A stretch of 59,338 nucleotides of DNA, filler included. It is 7 parts of 7 records of this genome, joined end to end, with 100 filler letters (N's around TTAATTAATTAA, not from the genome) between each part and the next. Parts side by side here need not be neighbours in the genome. Positions count along the whole stretch, not along the records: positions 37,280 to 52,804 come from SRR31156797_51716; 6 more parts are not named here. One strand, 5' to 3'. The translations under genes and the position numbers were made by a program. Position 1 is the first letter of the stretch, and each line of letters opens with the position of its first letter. Shown here piece by piece: positions 39,304 through 49,102 of the stretch. The notes beneath the pieces were generated by a model. That model was not told the origin of the DNA. It made no database searches and saw only the letters and a program-made list of their open reading frames with translations.

Positions 39304-40314
39304 TCATTCTCCTCGTACCTTGACCATTACTTTATTCTTTGTTTGAGGCCGCAAGGCTGCTTCAAACGCCTCGCCGATGTCGGCCAGTGGGTAAATAACG
39401 TCATCCAACAGTTTGGTGATGTCCCGGGCGAAGTCGCCTTTGAGCAGCGTTGAGGCCTTGTGGAAGTCTGCAGTTGAATACACCTGAGTTCCGACAAAGA
39501 TGACTTCGGACTTGGTCAGTTCCAGCAGGGGGATGCTGAACTTTTTATCAAAAACGCTCGTAATAATCATGGCGTCCAGCATGTACGCGGACTCCATGAG
39601 GGCGTTGAAAACCGTTTCGCTGCCAGAGCATTCGCAGCAGATTATTCGGGAGTCCCCGGGATTGTAGTCTGACAGGTCGGTTACGGTGGGGATGGCGAGT
39701 TCCTGCAGGGTGGCCAGGCGCACGGGATTTCTTTCCAATACGGTGACGTGCATGTCCGTGGTTCTGGTCAGGGTCAGGGCTAGGCAGGCGCCGATGGCTC
39801 CTCCGCCTGTTACGAGAATTTCCCTGGCCGGACTCTGTAGCCGATTCAGGAATGAGGCGGATCGTACGGAAACGGCCAAAGGCTCCATAAGGGCCGCCGG
39901 AAGCAGGGCTTCTTCATTAGGCAGCGGGATTACATTTTCCCGGGGAATGAGTAATTCCTCGCTGAAGCAACCGGGCCGTTGGTACCCTAGAATTATACGT
40001 TTTTTACAGATATTGGGGCGTTTTTGCCTGCAGAACTCGCATTCCCCGCATGCTATAAGCGGGATGACCACCACGGGCAGGCCGGGCTGCACATCAGTAA
40101 TATCGGGTCCTACCGATTTGATGACGCCGGAGGCTTCATGACCAAATACATAAGGGTATTGCGCCCTGGGGTGTTTGCCAAGATAGGCGTGAACATCGCT
40201 GCCGCACACGCCGCAGTAGGCGATATTCACCACTACTTCACCATTGCCCGGTGTAAAGGGAGCACTTTCCTTTAACTCGAATCGGCCGGGCTCCATGAGT
40301 ATTGCCTGAATCAT
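39304..40314 (-). CDS. Zinc-dependent (polyol/sugar) dehydrogenase, MDR family
   Basis: CGSDVH, GHE, CGECEFC...C and GGGAIG motifs. Start reassigned to ATG 40314 (MIQAILMEPG), which has an AGAGG RBS and avoids overlap with the aldolase. Confidence 0.85.
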   Translation of the reverse strand: MIQAILMEPGRFELKESAPFTPGNGEVVVNIAYCGVCGSDVHAYLGKHPRAQYPYVFGHEASGVIKSVGPDITDVQPGLPVVVIPLIACGECEFCRQKRPNICKKRIILGYQRPGCFSEELLIPRENVIPLPNEEALLPAALMEPLAVSVRSASFLNRLQSPAREILVTGGGAIGACLALTLTRTTDMHVTVLERNPVRLATLQELAIPTVTDLSDYNPGDSRIICCECSGSETVFNALMESAYMLDAMIITSVFDKKFSIPLLELTKSEVIFVGTQVYSTADFHKASTLLKGDFARDITKLLDDVIYPLADIGEAFEAALRPQTKNKVMVKVRGE

Positions 40315-40348
40315 TTTTTCCTCTCTATGCATTGCAGTTGATGTTTTT

Positions 40349-41194
40349 CTATGCTTTATTCGAGGCGTTAAAGCACCTGATTCTTTCGCGGACGCACTCA
40401 TAAACAGCCTGCATTCCACTGGTCCATGCCGAGAGCATGCCTATGTCGGGCGTGTCATTAAGCGTCTTGGCGACTGCATTTCTGAAACGCACCTGGAGCA
40501 TGGTGTTTATGTTTATCTTCCTTATGCCGCCCTTTATTGCTTCCGGGTAACATTCATCCATTACACCCGAAGCTCCGTGGAGCACCTGGGGGCGGTTCAA
40601 TTTGGTAGAAAGCTCTTTAATCAGTTCGCAATCTATTGAAGAATTCTGGCTTTGCATACCGTGCACCGAGCCGACGGACACTGCAATCAGGTCTATTTTG
40701 GTTTCTTGGGCAAAACGGGCGGCCTTATCCGGGTCCGTGTTATTTTCAGCCGTGTCGTTGGATGAGGCCCCCTCCATCGGGACAATGCCTATTTCACCTT
40801 CTACAGAAGCGCCGCAGGCATGGCCCATTTCCGCAACCTTGGCGGTGAGGCGAACATTTTCTTCAAACGGCAGGCTCGAGCCGTCGAACATGACGGAACT
40901 GAATCCAAGATCCAAAGCCTGCCGGACAAGTTCCAGGCTCCTGGCGTGATCCAGGTGCAGGGCAATAGGGACTTGTGACTTTTCTATCATCTTGTGAATG
41001 GCTGCTATCAGAGGGGATATATCTTCAAGAAACTGCACGGTGGATGGGCCGACAGCGAGAATAAGCGGTGCGTTTTCCGCTTCTCCCGCCCTTATTGCGG
41101 ACAGGGCGAGTTCAATGTTGTGAACATTAAATTGTCCTAAGGCCCAGTCCGTCGGCTTGTCGTGCAACAAGGTGGTAATTGGGACTGCTTTCAT
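40349..41194 (-). CDS. Class II ketose-phosphate aldolase (GatY/Fba-like)
   Basis: LHLDH, SVMFDGS, EGEIG, VGSVHG, LHGASG and KININT motifs. Confidence 0.9.
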   Translation of the reverse strand: MKAVPITTLLHDKPTDWALGQFNVHNIELALSAIRAGEAENAPLILAVGPSTVQFLEDISPLIAAIHKMIEKSQVPIALHLDHARSLELVRQALDLGFSSVMFDGSSLPFEENVRLTAKVAEMGHACGASVEGEIGIVPMEGASSNDTAENNTDPDKAARFAQETKIDLIAVSVGSVHGMQSQNSSIDCELIKELSTKLNRPQVLHGASGVMDECYPEAIKGGIRKININTMLQVRFRNAVAKTLNDTPDIGMLSAWTSGMQAVYECVRERIRCFNASNKA

Positions 41195-41239
41195 TATGTA
41201 ACTCCTGCTTGTTGATGCATTGACTGGTATTTAAATAGT

Positions 41240-42136
41240 CTAATGGTGATGTAAAAATTCAAGAAGCGAGGCCGTGTCAGGAATGCCTTCACGTCCTCCG
41301 GGTTTTGTGCATTTCATTGCTGCCGCCGCACAGGCGAACCGCGCCGCTTCCGCGAAATTGTCTCCCCTGGAAAGGCCGAGCGCCAGGGCGCCATGGAAAA
41401 CGTCGCCGGCTCCGGTGGTATCCACTGTATTCACGGTGAAAGACGGTTGATGCATTACTTCTTCACCTTCTATCCACATGCACCCGTTGTCTCCGATTGT
41501 GACGCAGGCGATTCCTTTGCAGCAGCTAGCAGCCTTGAACAGGGCTGACTTAATCCCGACTTCACCGGTAAAAGACGTTAGTCCGTCTTCGGAAAAAACC
41601 GCATATTCCGCCAGGGAGATTACACGTCCAAGGTTTGGATGATCGGTCTTTTCAACGTCCAGGACTGATGGGACGCTCTGGTCATCGGCAAGCTCCAGGA
41701 CATGTTGCGCCCCTTCCAGCCACTTTGTATCGGCCAGAACCATTTTTATTTCCGGAGGAAGGGCGTTCGAAAGGCAGTCCGTGGATCTGTAAAGGTCATT
41801 ATCCACATATGCGGCAATGGCCCGTTCCCCATTTGCATCTACCATTACAGCGGCGACAGGCGACTGCACATCAGGAATAGCTCGGACCCCGGAGACGTCC
41901 ACTCCATATTCGGAGAGTTCACTTATGATATTTTGGCCGGCATTATCATCGCCAACCATGCTCCATATCCGGACCTTGCCTCCAAGGCGCGCAATGGCGA
42001 CAGCGGCCGTGGCCGCCGGGCCTCCGCCTGCTTCCTTATGCTTTAACGCTGATACTTTTCCCGGGATTAGAGGAAGTGAATGAACAAAGAAGATCTGATC
42101 CCAGACTGCGCGTCCGACACATAATATTTCGTCCAC
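41240..42136 (-). CDS. PfkB-family carbohydrate kinase, YihV (sulfofructose kinase)-like
   Basis: GGGPAATAAVAIARLG, AVFSEDGL, DTTGAGDVFHGA and KCTKPGGREGIP closely follow E. coli YihV as recalled. GTG start with AGGAGG RBS. Confidence 0.8.
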   Translation of the reverse strand: MDEILCVGRAVWDQIFFVHSLPLIPGKVSALKHKEAGGGPAATAAVAIARLGGKVRIWSMVGDDNAGQNIISELSEYGVDVSGVRAIPDVQSPVAAVMVDANGERAIAAYVDNDLYRSTDCLSNALPPEIKMVLADTKWLEGAQHVLELADDQSVPSVLDVEKTDHPNLGRVISLAEYAVFSEDGLTSFTGEVGIKSALFKAASCCKGIACVTIGDNGCMWIEGEEVMHQPSFTVNTVDTTGAGDVFHGALALGLSRGDNFAEAARFACAAAAMKCTKPGGREGIPDTASLLEFLHHH

Positions 42137-42157
42137 AGGGGCTTCCTCCTTTTGGGC

Positions 42158-42177
42158 TGTGATCTAATCCGATCACA
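42158..42177. promoter_or_regulatory. Candidate operator (perfect inverted repeat) in the divergent promoter region
   Basis: TGTGATC-taatcc-GATCACA about 20 nt upstream of the kinase start. Confidence 0.5.
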
Positions 42178-42425
42178 ATTGTGGTAAATTTGTTACACAA
42201 TGGTTTCTTTGTGTCAACAATAAAAGGCCAAATTTGAGAAAAAGTGGAAAATAATTTACAATTGCTAAGAAATGAGGCAATCCTTCTGTGGTTATCATAT
42301 TGAAATAAAATGGTTAATTAATAGTATGGCTATTGTTGGCTTGTAAGAAGCTTGACATTTAAAGTGATATTGTGTAATAAAATTACCATGAAGCCCAGTA
42401 ACAAGACAACACGCCTGGAAAAGGA

Positions 42426-43202
42426 ATGAAAATGAAAATCAGCGATCGCAGAAAAAAACTTGTTGATATTGTTACCAACAGCGGTTTTATCAGTATTGAA
42501 GGACTCTCGGCCCAGCTTGGGGTTTCGGCCCAGACCGTTCGCAGGGATATAGCCTTTCTGGATAGTAAGGGCGAGATTGTTCGGCATCATGGCGGCGCGG
42601 GAATCCGTTCGAGCATAGTAAACGTCAATTATCAGGACCGCCATTCACTAATGGCGGAATCAAAATTAGCTTTGGCCGAACAGATTTCAGCAAGCATTTC
42701 CGCCAAGAGTTCTCTGTTTATTGCCGGCGGCACGACCATGGAGGCAGTAGCCAGGTCCCTGGTCAGACATAATGATCATAAAATCATTACCAATAGTATT
42801 CGTGTTGCTGAAATCCTTAACCGAAATGATTCCTTTGAGGTTATTATCACTGCCGGGACGCTTCGGAAAAACACCGGCATCATCTTTGGTCCTGACACAA
42901 TTGAGTCCGTTAAAAAATTCCGCTGTGATTTCGCCGTCCTCGGTTGTGGAGGAATCGAAGATGATGGAGTTTTTCTGGACTTTAATTCACCGGAAGTAGC
43001 GACAGCCAGAACAATGATCGCCAACAGTCGCCAGGTTTTTATTGGAGCTGACAGATCGAAGTTCCCGGGAAAAGCCAATGTCCTGTTGGCCGATGCTGAA
43101 GAAGTGGACGCACTTTTTACGGATTTCCCGCCCCCGGCGCCCTTGGCCGAGGTTTTATCAGTTAAAGGAGTTGACGTCAGAATAGCCGGGAGCATTTCCT
43201 AG
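42426..43202 (+). CDS. DeoR/GlpR-family regulator, CsqR (YihW)-like
   Basis: VSAQTVRRD HTH, RHHGGAG..SS.VN, ITNS.RVA and LFTD.PPP motifs. Divergent from the catabolic operon. Confidence 0.88.
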   Translation: MKMKISDRRKKLVDIVTNSGFISIEGLSAQLGVSAQTVRRDIAFLDSKGEIVRHHGGAGIRSSIVNVNYQDRHSLMAESKLALAEQISASISAKSSLFIAGGTTMEAVARSLVRHNDHKIITNSIRVAEILNRNDSFEVIITAGTLRKNTGIIFGPDTIESVKKFRCDFAVLGCGGIEDDGVFLDFNSPEVATARTMIANSRQVFIGADRSKFPGKANVLLADAEEVDALFTDFPPPAPLAEVLSVKGVDVRIAGSIS

Positions 43203-43237
43203 GAAACAAAACTTGTTTATGTTTGAATTGCAGGCTT

Positions 43238-45658
43238 TTAGTTTTGGTTGACGGCGGGTAGGTATATCTTGAAATCGGCGCCATGGCCTACTTTGCTGCG
43301 GCATGTTATATGGCCGCCATAGTTCTTGACAATGCCGTAAACCGAGGCCAGGCCCAAACCCGGTCCTTGGCCGATTTCCTTTGTCGTAAAAAACGGTTCG
43401 AAAATATGGGCCATGGTTTCCTGGTCCATGCCGTGACCCGTATCGGAAAATGTTAAAATAACATAATTTCCGGGTTGAACGTTCAAATCGTTTTGTGAAT
43501 AATCCTCGCTCAAAGTCACATTTTCTGTCGCGATGGTGAGTTTGCCTCCATCGGTCATGGCCTCGGCGGCGTTAGTTCCAAGATTCTTTATAATTTGTTC
43601 AATCTGGGCGGGATCGGCATTGACTTCCCACAGATTTTCATCTAGATAGAGTTCTATTTTTTCATCTTCAGCTATTTTTTCTTCCAACAGCATCCCATTT
43701 TTTTCCAATTCCCTGTTCAGGTTAAGAGGGCGGCGTTCCGATTCCACTTTACGACTGAATTGAAGAAGCTGCCGTACGAGTTTGGCCGCGTTGTCGCTCG
43801 CATTTTGAATTCCCTTTAATTTTGAAAAATCAGGATCATTCTCAGTTTTATCCATGAGGATTATCAGAGTGTACCCGGCAATGGCCTGGAGCAGGTTATT
43901 GAAGTCATGGGCGACGCCGCCGGCAAGCGTTCCTACTGCTTTCAGTTTTTCAGCTTGCTGGAGTTGGCCCCTGAGTTTATCCTGCTCGGCCTCGGCTCGC
44001 TTGCGGTCGCTGATGTCCAGAATAATCGCGGCAAATAAAGCTTCCGTTCCATACTTGAGAAGCTGCAAATGCACTTCTACATAATAAAGCGATTGATCCT
44101 TACGCTGGTGCACGGTCTCAAATACTATCTTCTCTTTTTCCGCTTTAAGTAAAGGTGAAATGATTTCTTTAAAATACTCAGGCGTAAATTCCGGTTTCAA
44201 ATCGATTGGAGTCAGTTTCCTGAATTCCTCCATTGAATAACCAAGGTTTTCCTGAGCCGCGCTGTTAACATGTGTAAAATTCAAGGACTCCGCCTCGAAT
44301 AAATATATTTCATTCAGAGAATCCTCAAAAATACGTGCAAACCTGGCGATTCTATCCTCGGCGAGTTTACGTTCAGCGATTTCCTTTTGTAGATGATGGT
44401 TGACCCTGGTCAGTTCAACGGTGCGATCCGTAACTCTTATTTCCAGTTCATCATGGGCTGTTCTCAACTCCTGTTCGGCCTTGCGCCTTCTTGCTCGGTG
44501 AATGAGCAAGCCAAGGATAAGTATAGTTTCAACAACAAATAATGCGGCCAAGCCGATTATTCTCCATTTGTAAAGTTCCCAAAACGAATACTCCCTGAAA
44601 CGGATTATGCTGCCGGCAGGCAGGCGGGATTCGCTGATTCCCCAGCGCTGCAACTGGCGCCAATCAAACATGTAAACGTTGGACCCTTTGATAATCGGTA
44701 TGTCTTCCGGCTTTTCGCCGTTCAGGATGCGCAGACCCATTTCGGCGATTTGGGCGCCTTCCGCTTCCGCGCTGGATACGCGGCCGCCCACAATTCCTCC
44801 CCCAAGAAGAGAATCCCACAGACCATACAATGGAGCTGATGAAGCAGTTGAAATTTGTGATAATATGTTTCTGGGGATAAATTTGTTACCTGCGCCGTCA
44901 ACGAGCGTCAAAATATAAAGGCCGATGGTATGATCGGGGAGCTTGGCGACTCTGTTCAGGAGCTCATCCATTGGCAGTCCAGTTAAGTCGATGAATTCAA
45001 AGCGGTCCTGGTAATTATTAAATACTTTGCGCGCCTCTGATTCGTAAAAGCGATCCATAGCGGAAGAGCCGGAAATAATGGCAATATGCTTGGCTTCCGG
45101 GTGCAATTTTATCGCCAGATCAAGAGTGCCCATAACATCCAAATCAGAGAAAAGGCCGGTCATAGTTGACCTTATGTTGATGTTCTTCATGTCTCTTGCC
45201 GTGGAGATAAGCACGATCGGAACATCCGAAAACAGGGGTTGCCCATGGTTAATCAGGAAATCTGTCGCCGAAACATCAACGGCAATGATTAAATCCATGT
45301 TTATGCCGGCATATTTGTGTTCATACAGATCAAGTAACATCTTTACATAGGCGGGATCGAAATTTTGGGAGAGACCTGTGAATTCGGCGTGCAGCTTTGT
45401 ATTTATATCGGAATTCTCTTTAAATGCTTTGTAAATAGCCTGATTAACAGATTGTTGCCAGGGCATGCCGTAGTTGTGGGAATTAAGGATCAACACATGT
45501 TTGGGACGTTCTTGGCCCGGACCTGATTTATTATCCGCGGCGAGAGCAGGAAAGGTGGAGGCTAATAAGCCTGTCAATAAGACCGAAGTGACTATATAGA
45601 TGGAAAATATAAGTAAATATTTATAGTTATCTGAATTGTTCTCCGACCGAATTCGCAT
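43238..45658 (-). CDS. Membrane sensor histidine kinase (periplasmic ABC-binding-like domain, PAS, HisKA, HATPase)
   Basis: [26 protein letters not shown] and G.GLGL motifs; PAS segment; two TM regions. No C-terminal receiver. Confidence 0.9.
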   Translation of the reverse strand: MRIRSENNSDNYKYLLIFSIYIVTSVLLTGLLASTFPALAADNKSGPGQERPKHVLILNSHNYGMPWQQSVNQAIYKAFKENSDINTKLHAEFTGLSQNFDPAYVKMLLDLYEHKYAGINMDLIIAVDVSATDFLINHGQPLFSDVPIVLISTARDMKNINIRSTMTGLFSDLDVMGTLDLAIKLHPEAKHIAIISGSSAMDRFYESEARKVFNNYQDRFEFIDLTGLPMDELLNRVAKLPDHTIGLYILTLVDGAGNKFIPRNILSQISTASSAPLYGLWDSLLGGGIVGGRVSSAEAEGAQIAEMGLRILNGEKPEDIPIIKGSNVYMFDWRQLQRWGISESRLPAGSIIRFREYSFWELYKWRIIGLAALFVVETILILGLLIHRARRRKAEQELRTAHDELEIRVTDRTVELTRVNHHLQKEIAERKLAEDRIARFARIFEDSLNEIYLFEAESLNFTHVNSAAQENLGYSMEEFRKLTPIDLKPEFTPEYFKEIISPLLKAEKEKIVFETVHQRKDQSLYYVEVHLQLLKYGTEALFAAIILDISDRKRAEAEQDKLRGQLQQAEKLKAVGTLAGGVAHDFNNLLQAIAGYTLIILMDKTENDPDFSKLKGIQNASDNAAKLVRQLLQFSRKVESERRPLNLNRELEKNGMLLEEKIAEDEKIELYLDENLWEVNADPAQIEQIIKNLGTNAAEAMTDGGKLTIATENVTLSEDYSQNDLNVQPGNYVILTFSDTGHGMDQETMAHIFEPFFTTKEIGQGPGLGLASVYGIVKNYGGHITCRSKVGHGADFKIYLPAVNQN

Positions 45659-45997
45659 ATTACCAAGTCTTTCGGCCTACATAGCCTTCTCCGGTTTTTT
45701 GCCCCCTTTTCAATTTCTTCCGTATAAGTTTCTGTTAATTGAGGTCCATGACAGCGCAACTTCAACCAGACCCGGTACAACACGGCGGGCTGCGCTAAAT
45801 CATACCCTTCTTTTTTGATGATAATCGGATTATCCTTTTAAAACAATAGCGTCGGAGAATATGTATTTAACAGCCTTTATATTATCCATAATTTGGTTAT
45901 TAGTGTAATATGGCTTGGTCTTCACCTGGATAATATCAGAGTAGATGGCCGATTTTATTATTGAAATAAAAGCGTCAAAAGAGGAGGCGTCCTGTTT

Positions 45998-46309
45998 ATG
46001 AACATACTTTTCATTATTGCCAGCGACGACGGCGAAACCATTTACAACGCCATGAGACTGGCCAATGTCGGCGTCAAGAAGGGCGACGATGTTAGTGTAT
46101 TTATGCTGGGCAAAGGGGTTTTATTCGAGCAAAGCGGTTCGGAAGCTTTTGACGTGATGGGACAGGTGAATCAATTCGAAGGCGATTTTTACGTCTGAGG
46201 CGTCTGCATGAAAGCCCACGGTCTGGAGGGCTCAAGCAGTTGTCCCATCGCCTGGATGGATGACTTATATGAATTGGCGGCCGAGGCGGATAAAGTTCTG
46301 ACTTTTTAA
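45998..46309 (+). CDS. DsrE/DsrF-family selenoprotein (103 aa, UxxC; in-frame TGA 46196-46198 read as Sec)
   Basis: The track ORF stops at FYV-TGA, but the frame continues GVCMKAHGLEGSSSCPIAWMDDLYELAAEADKVLTF-TAA, which is a canonical DsrE C-terminus. A hairpin follows the TGA. GAGGAGG RBS. Confidence 0.88.
46199..46245 (+). promoter_or_regulatory. Putative bacterial SECIS element
   Basis: CTGC-A-TGA-AA-GCCC-acggtctgga-GGGC-TCA-A-GCAG stem-loop directly 3' of the recoded TGA, with G residues in the apical loop. Confidence 0.7.
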
Positions 46310-46672
46310 TCCTTCTCCGGGAAGACGAATTGTATGGGACTAACGATTCAAGTTTGCTTGATGCAGAGAATCGTCCCAACTTATTGATTGCGATATGCCG
46401 GCTTCCATGATTTTCTCAGTTTAAGAATATTTGTGAAGCCGACGGATGAAGAGCGCCTGCATGTTAGGGTTCATGCCACTGGGTGCAATCTCTATGATTG
46501 TAGGTAATTATTGCATCCCTTTGCTTTAATGCCTTTTATATTATTAAGGCGGCGCCTTATTGCTGTTCATAAAAAGTTATTTTTCCCAATCTATTTTGTA
46601 TAGTGTTGTTAAAACATTAAGTGATTCCTTGAAAGTGTTCATGACTATTTCGAATAATTGGGGCTATTTATT

Positions 46673-47689
46673 ATGAATTCTTTTGAAAGACGCATTGACC
46701 TGCTTCCGAAAATCGAATTGCATATTCATCTGGAAGGCGCCATCCGTCGTGAAACCGCTTTTGATATGGCGCGCCGGCACGGTAAGCCTCTATCGCCGGA
46801 TAGTCTGCCGGATAATCCCGAATTCGAAGATTTGACCGATTTTGTCATAAAAGTACGTCATGTCCTGTCGCGCTGCCTAATTACATTGGAAGATTATGGA
46901 CGTGCAGCCGTTGAATTATTCCAGGATCTGGCCGACCAAAACGTGCGGTACGCGGAAGTCAGTTTCGACCCCGGCCGAGTGCTTCGCCTGGGGCTTCCCC
47001 TGCCCGAATTGCTGGCCGTCCTGAATAACGCGCGTCAGGCTGTTCAGAAATCCCGCCCCATTCGTATCAGACTGATAGCCGCCTTTGGCCGTGATTACTC
47101 TGGGGAGGAAGCAGCCTGGCTGGTCAGGCAATTAGTTGATTCAGAATCAGCCGGCATCGTAGGCATTGATCTTCACGGCGATGAATCAGCAGGTTCTGCG
47201 GAAAAATTTGTCAAAGCCTTTGATATTGCTCGACAGGCCGGTTTGGGACTCCGCGCCCACGCCGGCGAGGGCCTCGGCGCCTCCAGCATCCGTGAAGCCT
47301 TGGACGTTCTGAACGTGTCGCGTATCGCCCACGGCGTTCGCGCTGTCGAAGACCCGCAACTAATGGATTATATAAGCAACCGGCCCGTCACCCTGGATGT
47401 TTGCCCGACAAGCAACATCATGCTGAAGGTCGCGCCGTCATTGGACGAGCATCCGGTTAGAAAACTGTTCGACGCCGGCATCCACTTGAGCGTCAGCAGT
47501 GACGACCCTTTGTTTTTCAATACCAATGTAACAAAAGAGTACCAAATACTGGTTGAACATCTGAATTTCACTCTGGATGAACTGAAACAAATTAACGAAT
47601 ATTCAGTAATGGGGGCTTTTTTATCTGAAGGTGAGAAAAGGGATCTCCTTAAAATAATGGAAAGCGGCTGGTCGGGGGAAGAAAACTAA
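46673..47689 (+). CDS. add: Adenosine/adenine deaminase
   Basis: LPKIELHIHLEG, HAGE, RIAHG, CPTSN and SSDDP motifs. ATG 46673 preferred as start. Confidence 0.88.
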   Translation: MNSFERRIDLLPKIELHIHLEGAIRRETAFDMARRHGKPLSPDSLPDNPEFEDLTDFVIKVRHVLSRCLITLEDYGRAAVELFQDLADQNVRYAEVSFDPGRVLRLGLPLPELLAVLNNARQAVQKSRPIRIRLIAAFGRDYSGEEAAWLVRQLVDSESAGIVGIDLHGDESAGSAEKFVKAFDIARQAGLGLRAHAGEGLGASSIREALDVLNVSRIAHGVRAVEDPQLMDYISNRPVTLDVCPTSNIMLKVAPSLDEHPVRKLFDAGIHLSVSSDDPLFFNTNVTKEYQILVEHLNFTLDELKQINEYSVMGAFLSEGEKRDLLKIMESGWSGEEN

Positions 47690-47905
47690 AGAGCAGAATT
47701 AAATGATTAAAATTTTCTGTTGAACAACGTCTTTCCTCGATACCTGTCGACTAACCGCCGACAATCAGTATTTTGACCGTTGGATTAAAGTTAAATTTGC
47801 CTGCTATTCTATGTGACCTCGAATAAAAACTCCGTCCATCTTGCAGGTCGCCTTAATGCAGCAATCTTTGGTTTTCAGGATTTTTGAAATCGCACATCTA
47901 CACTT

Positions 47906-48907
47906 TTAGCAAGACCTGCCGGGAATATAACGCTTAATCGGACATTCGGTTCTTGATTGACAAATTCGGCAATCTCTTGGATTGCTTCTACAACCTTGGG
48001 ACGCAGCGAATGAAGAAGCAAGATCGGCATTTTTTTTCGAGTAATATTCATCCGGGATCCAGCCTTGAATGTCTGTTAATCCTGCGGTGGAAACGTTTTT
48101 CAGGCCTGTTGCTTTGGCCGTTTCAAGGCATTGCTTCATCAATTCCCTGGAGGCTCCGGGCAGGCCTTCGAGAACGAAATTAGGCCTGAAGGCAAGAAAA
48201 CAAACAGGTAAATCCAGTGAAATACGGGCTAAAAAACCACATATGGGCGCGATGTCCTCCTCGTTTATATTTGGGATGACTACGATGCGAAATTCCCAGA
48301 TTTTTTCCGGGGCCTTTCTTGCTATAATCTCGGCGTTTCGAAGGACCGGGCTGACCGGCGCTCCGGTCAGCGCCATATGAGTTTCATCATTATAAGCTTT
48401 CAAATCAAAAGTGATGGAGTCGGCAAATGTTAAAATCCTTTCCAGGGATTTTTCAGTCATAAATCCATTTGTATCGAAGTTGACCAGGCACGGTGATTTC
48501 AGCTTTCTTGCCGATTCCATTATCTTTTCTATATAAGGCAGATGAATAGTCGGTTCGCCGCCTGAAAAGAATAAGCGATCCGCGCCCATGCTTCGGCCGT
48601 AATAAGATTCCATTTGCGTAATGGATTCCGAGGCCAGGGATTCCGGATCAAGGTAACCGTCAATCAAGGCATTGTTGTCCGGAAACTGGGAGATGTTCCA
48701 ATTTTGGCAATGGAGGCACTTGAAATTGCAGCCGGCCATAAAAATCGTATAGCTCTCCGGAGGGGCCGGATGAAGCGTTCTAGAAGCTGCGACCGGCCCG
48801 CCCATATGACAGACGCCTGATGATTTTCCAGATAACCTGTCCACACCGCAACGGTGCTCGCAGAGCAGGCACTCTCTCAAGTCTTTTTCCAAATATTTTT
48901 CCATCAT
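47906..48907 (-). CDS. Radical SAM protein (PflX/AmmeMemoRadiSam/activating-enzyme-like) with extra N- and C-terminal Cys clusters
   Basis: CLLCEHRC...C, GCNFKCLHCQNW, FSGGEPT and DTNG motifs; C-terminal C.....C..C.....C. Confidence 0.8.
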   Translation of the reverse strand: MMEKYLEKDLRECLLCEHRCGVDRLSGKSSGVCHMGGPVAASRTLHPAPPESYTIFMAGCNFKCLHCQNWNISQFPDNNALIDGYLDPESLASESITQMESYYGRSMGADRLFFSGGEPTIHLPYIEKIMESARKLKSPCLVNFDTNGFMTEKSLERILTFADSITFDLKAYNDETHMALTGAPVSPVLRNAEIIARKAPEKIWEFRIVVIPNINEEDIAPICGFLARISLDLPVCFLAFRPNFVLEGLPGASRELMKQCLETAKATGLKNVSTAGLTDIQGWIPDEYYSKKNADLASSFAASQGCRSNPRDCRICQSRTECPIKRYIPGRSC

Positions 48908-49102
48908 TTCTAATTATGTCATAAGAAGGAGCAAATTCCAGTTTGAATTCATTAAGCCTCAAATGAATAATTATAGATAACTGTAAGATACAGTATCAGA
49001 AAATAAAGGGGCAGGATGCTTGTCCGCATTAAGGGCAAGGCGCCGCCTGTCGGCTTGTTATTTATCGTCGATATGGCAAAAAGATATTTTTCGGATACAG
49101 GA

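Noticed and set aside
40315-40419. N-terminal extension of the Zn dehydrogenase given by the ORF track
   Set aside because: It overlaps the aldolase gene. ATG 40314 has an RBS and gives a normal MDR N-terminus.
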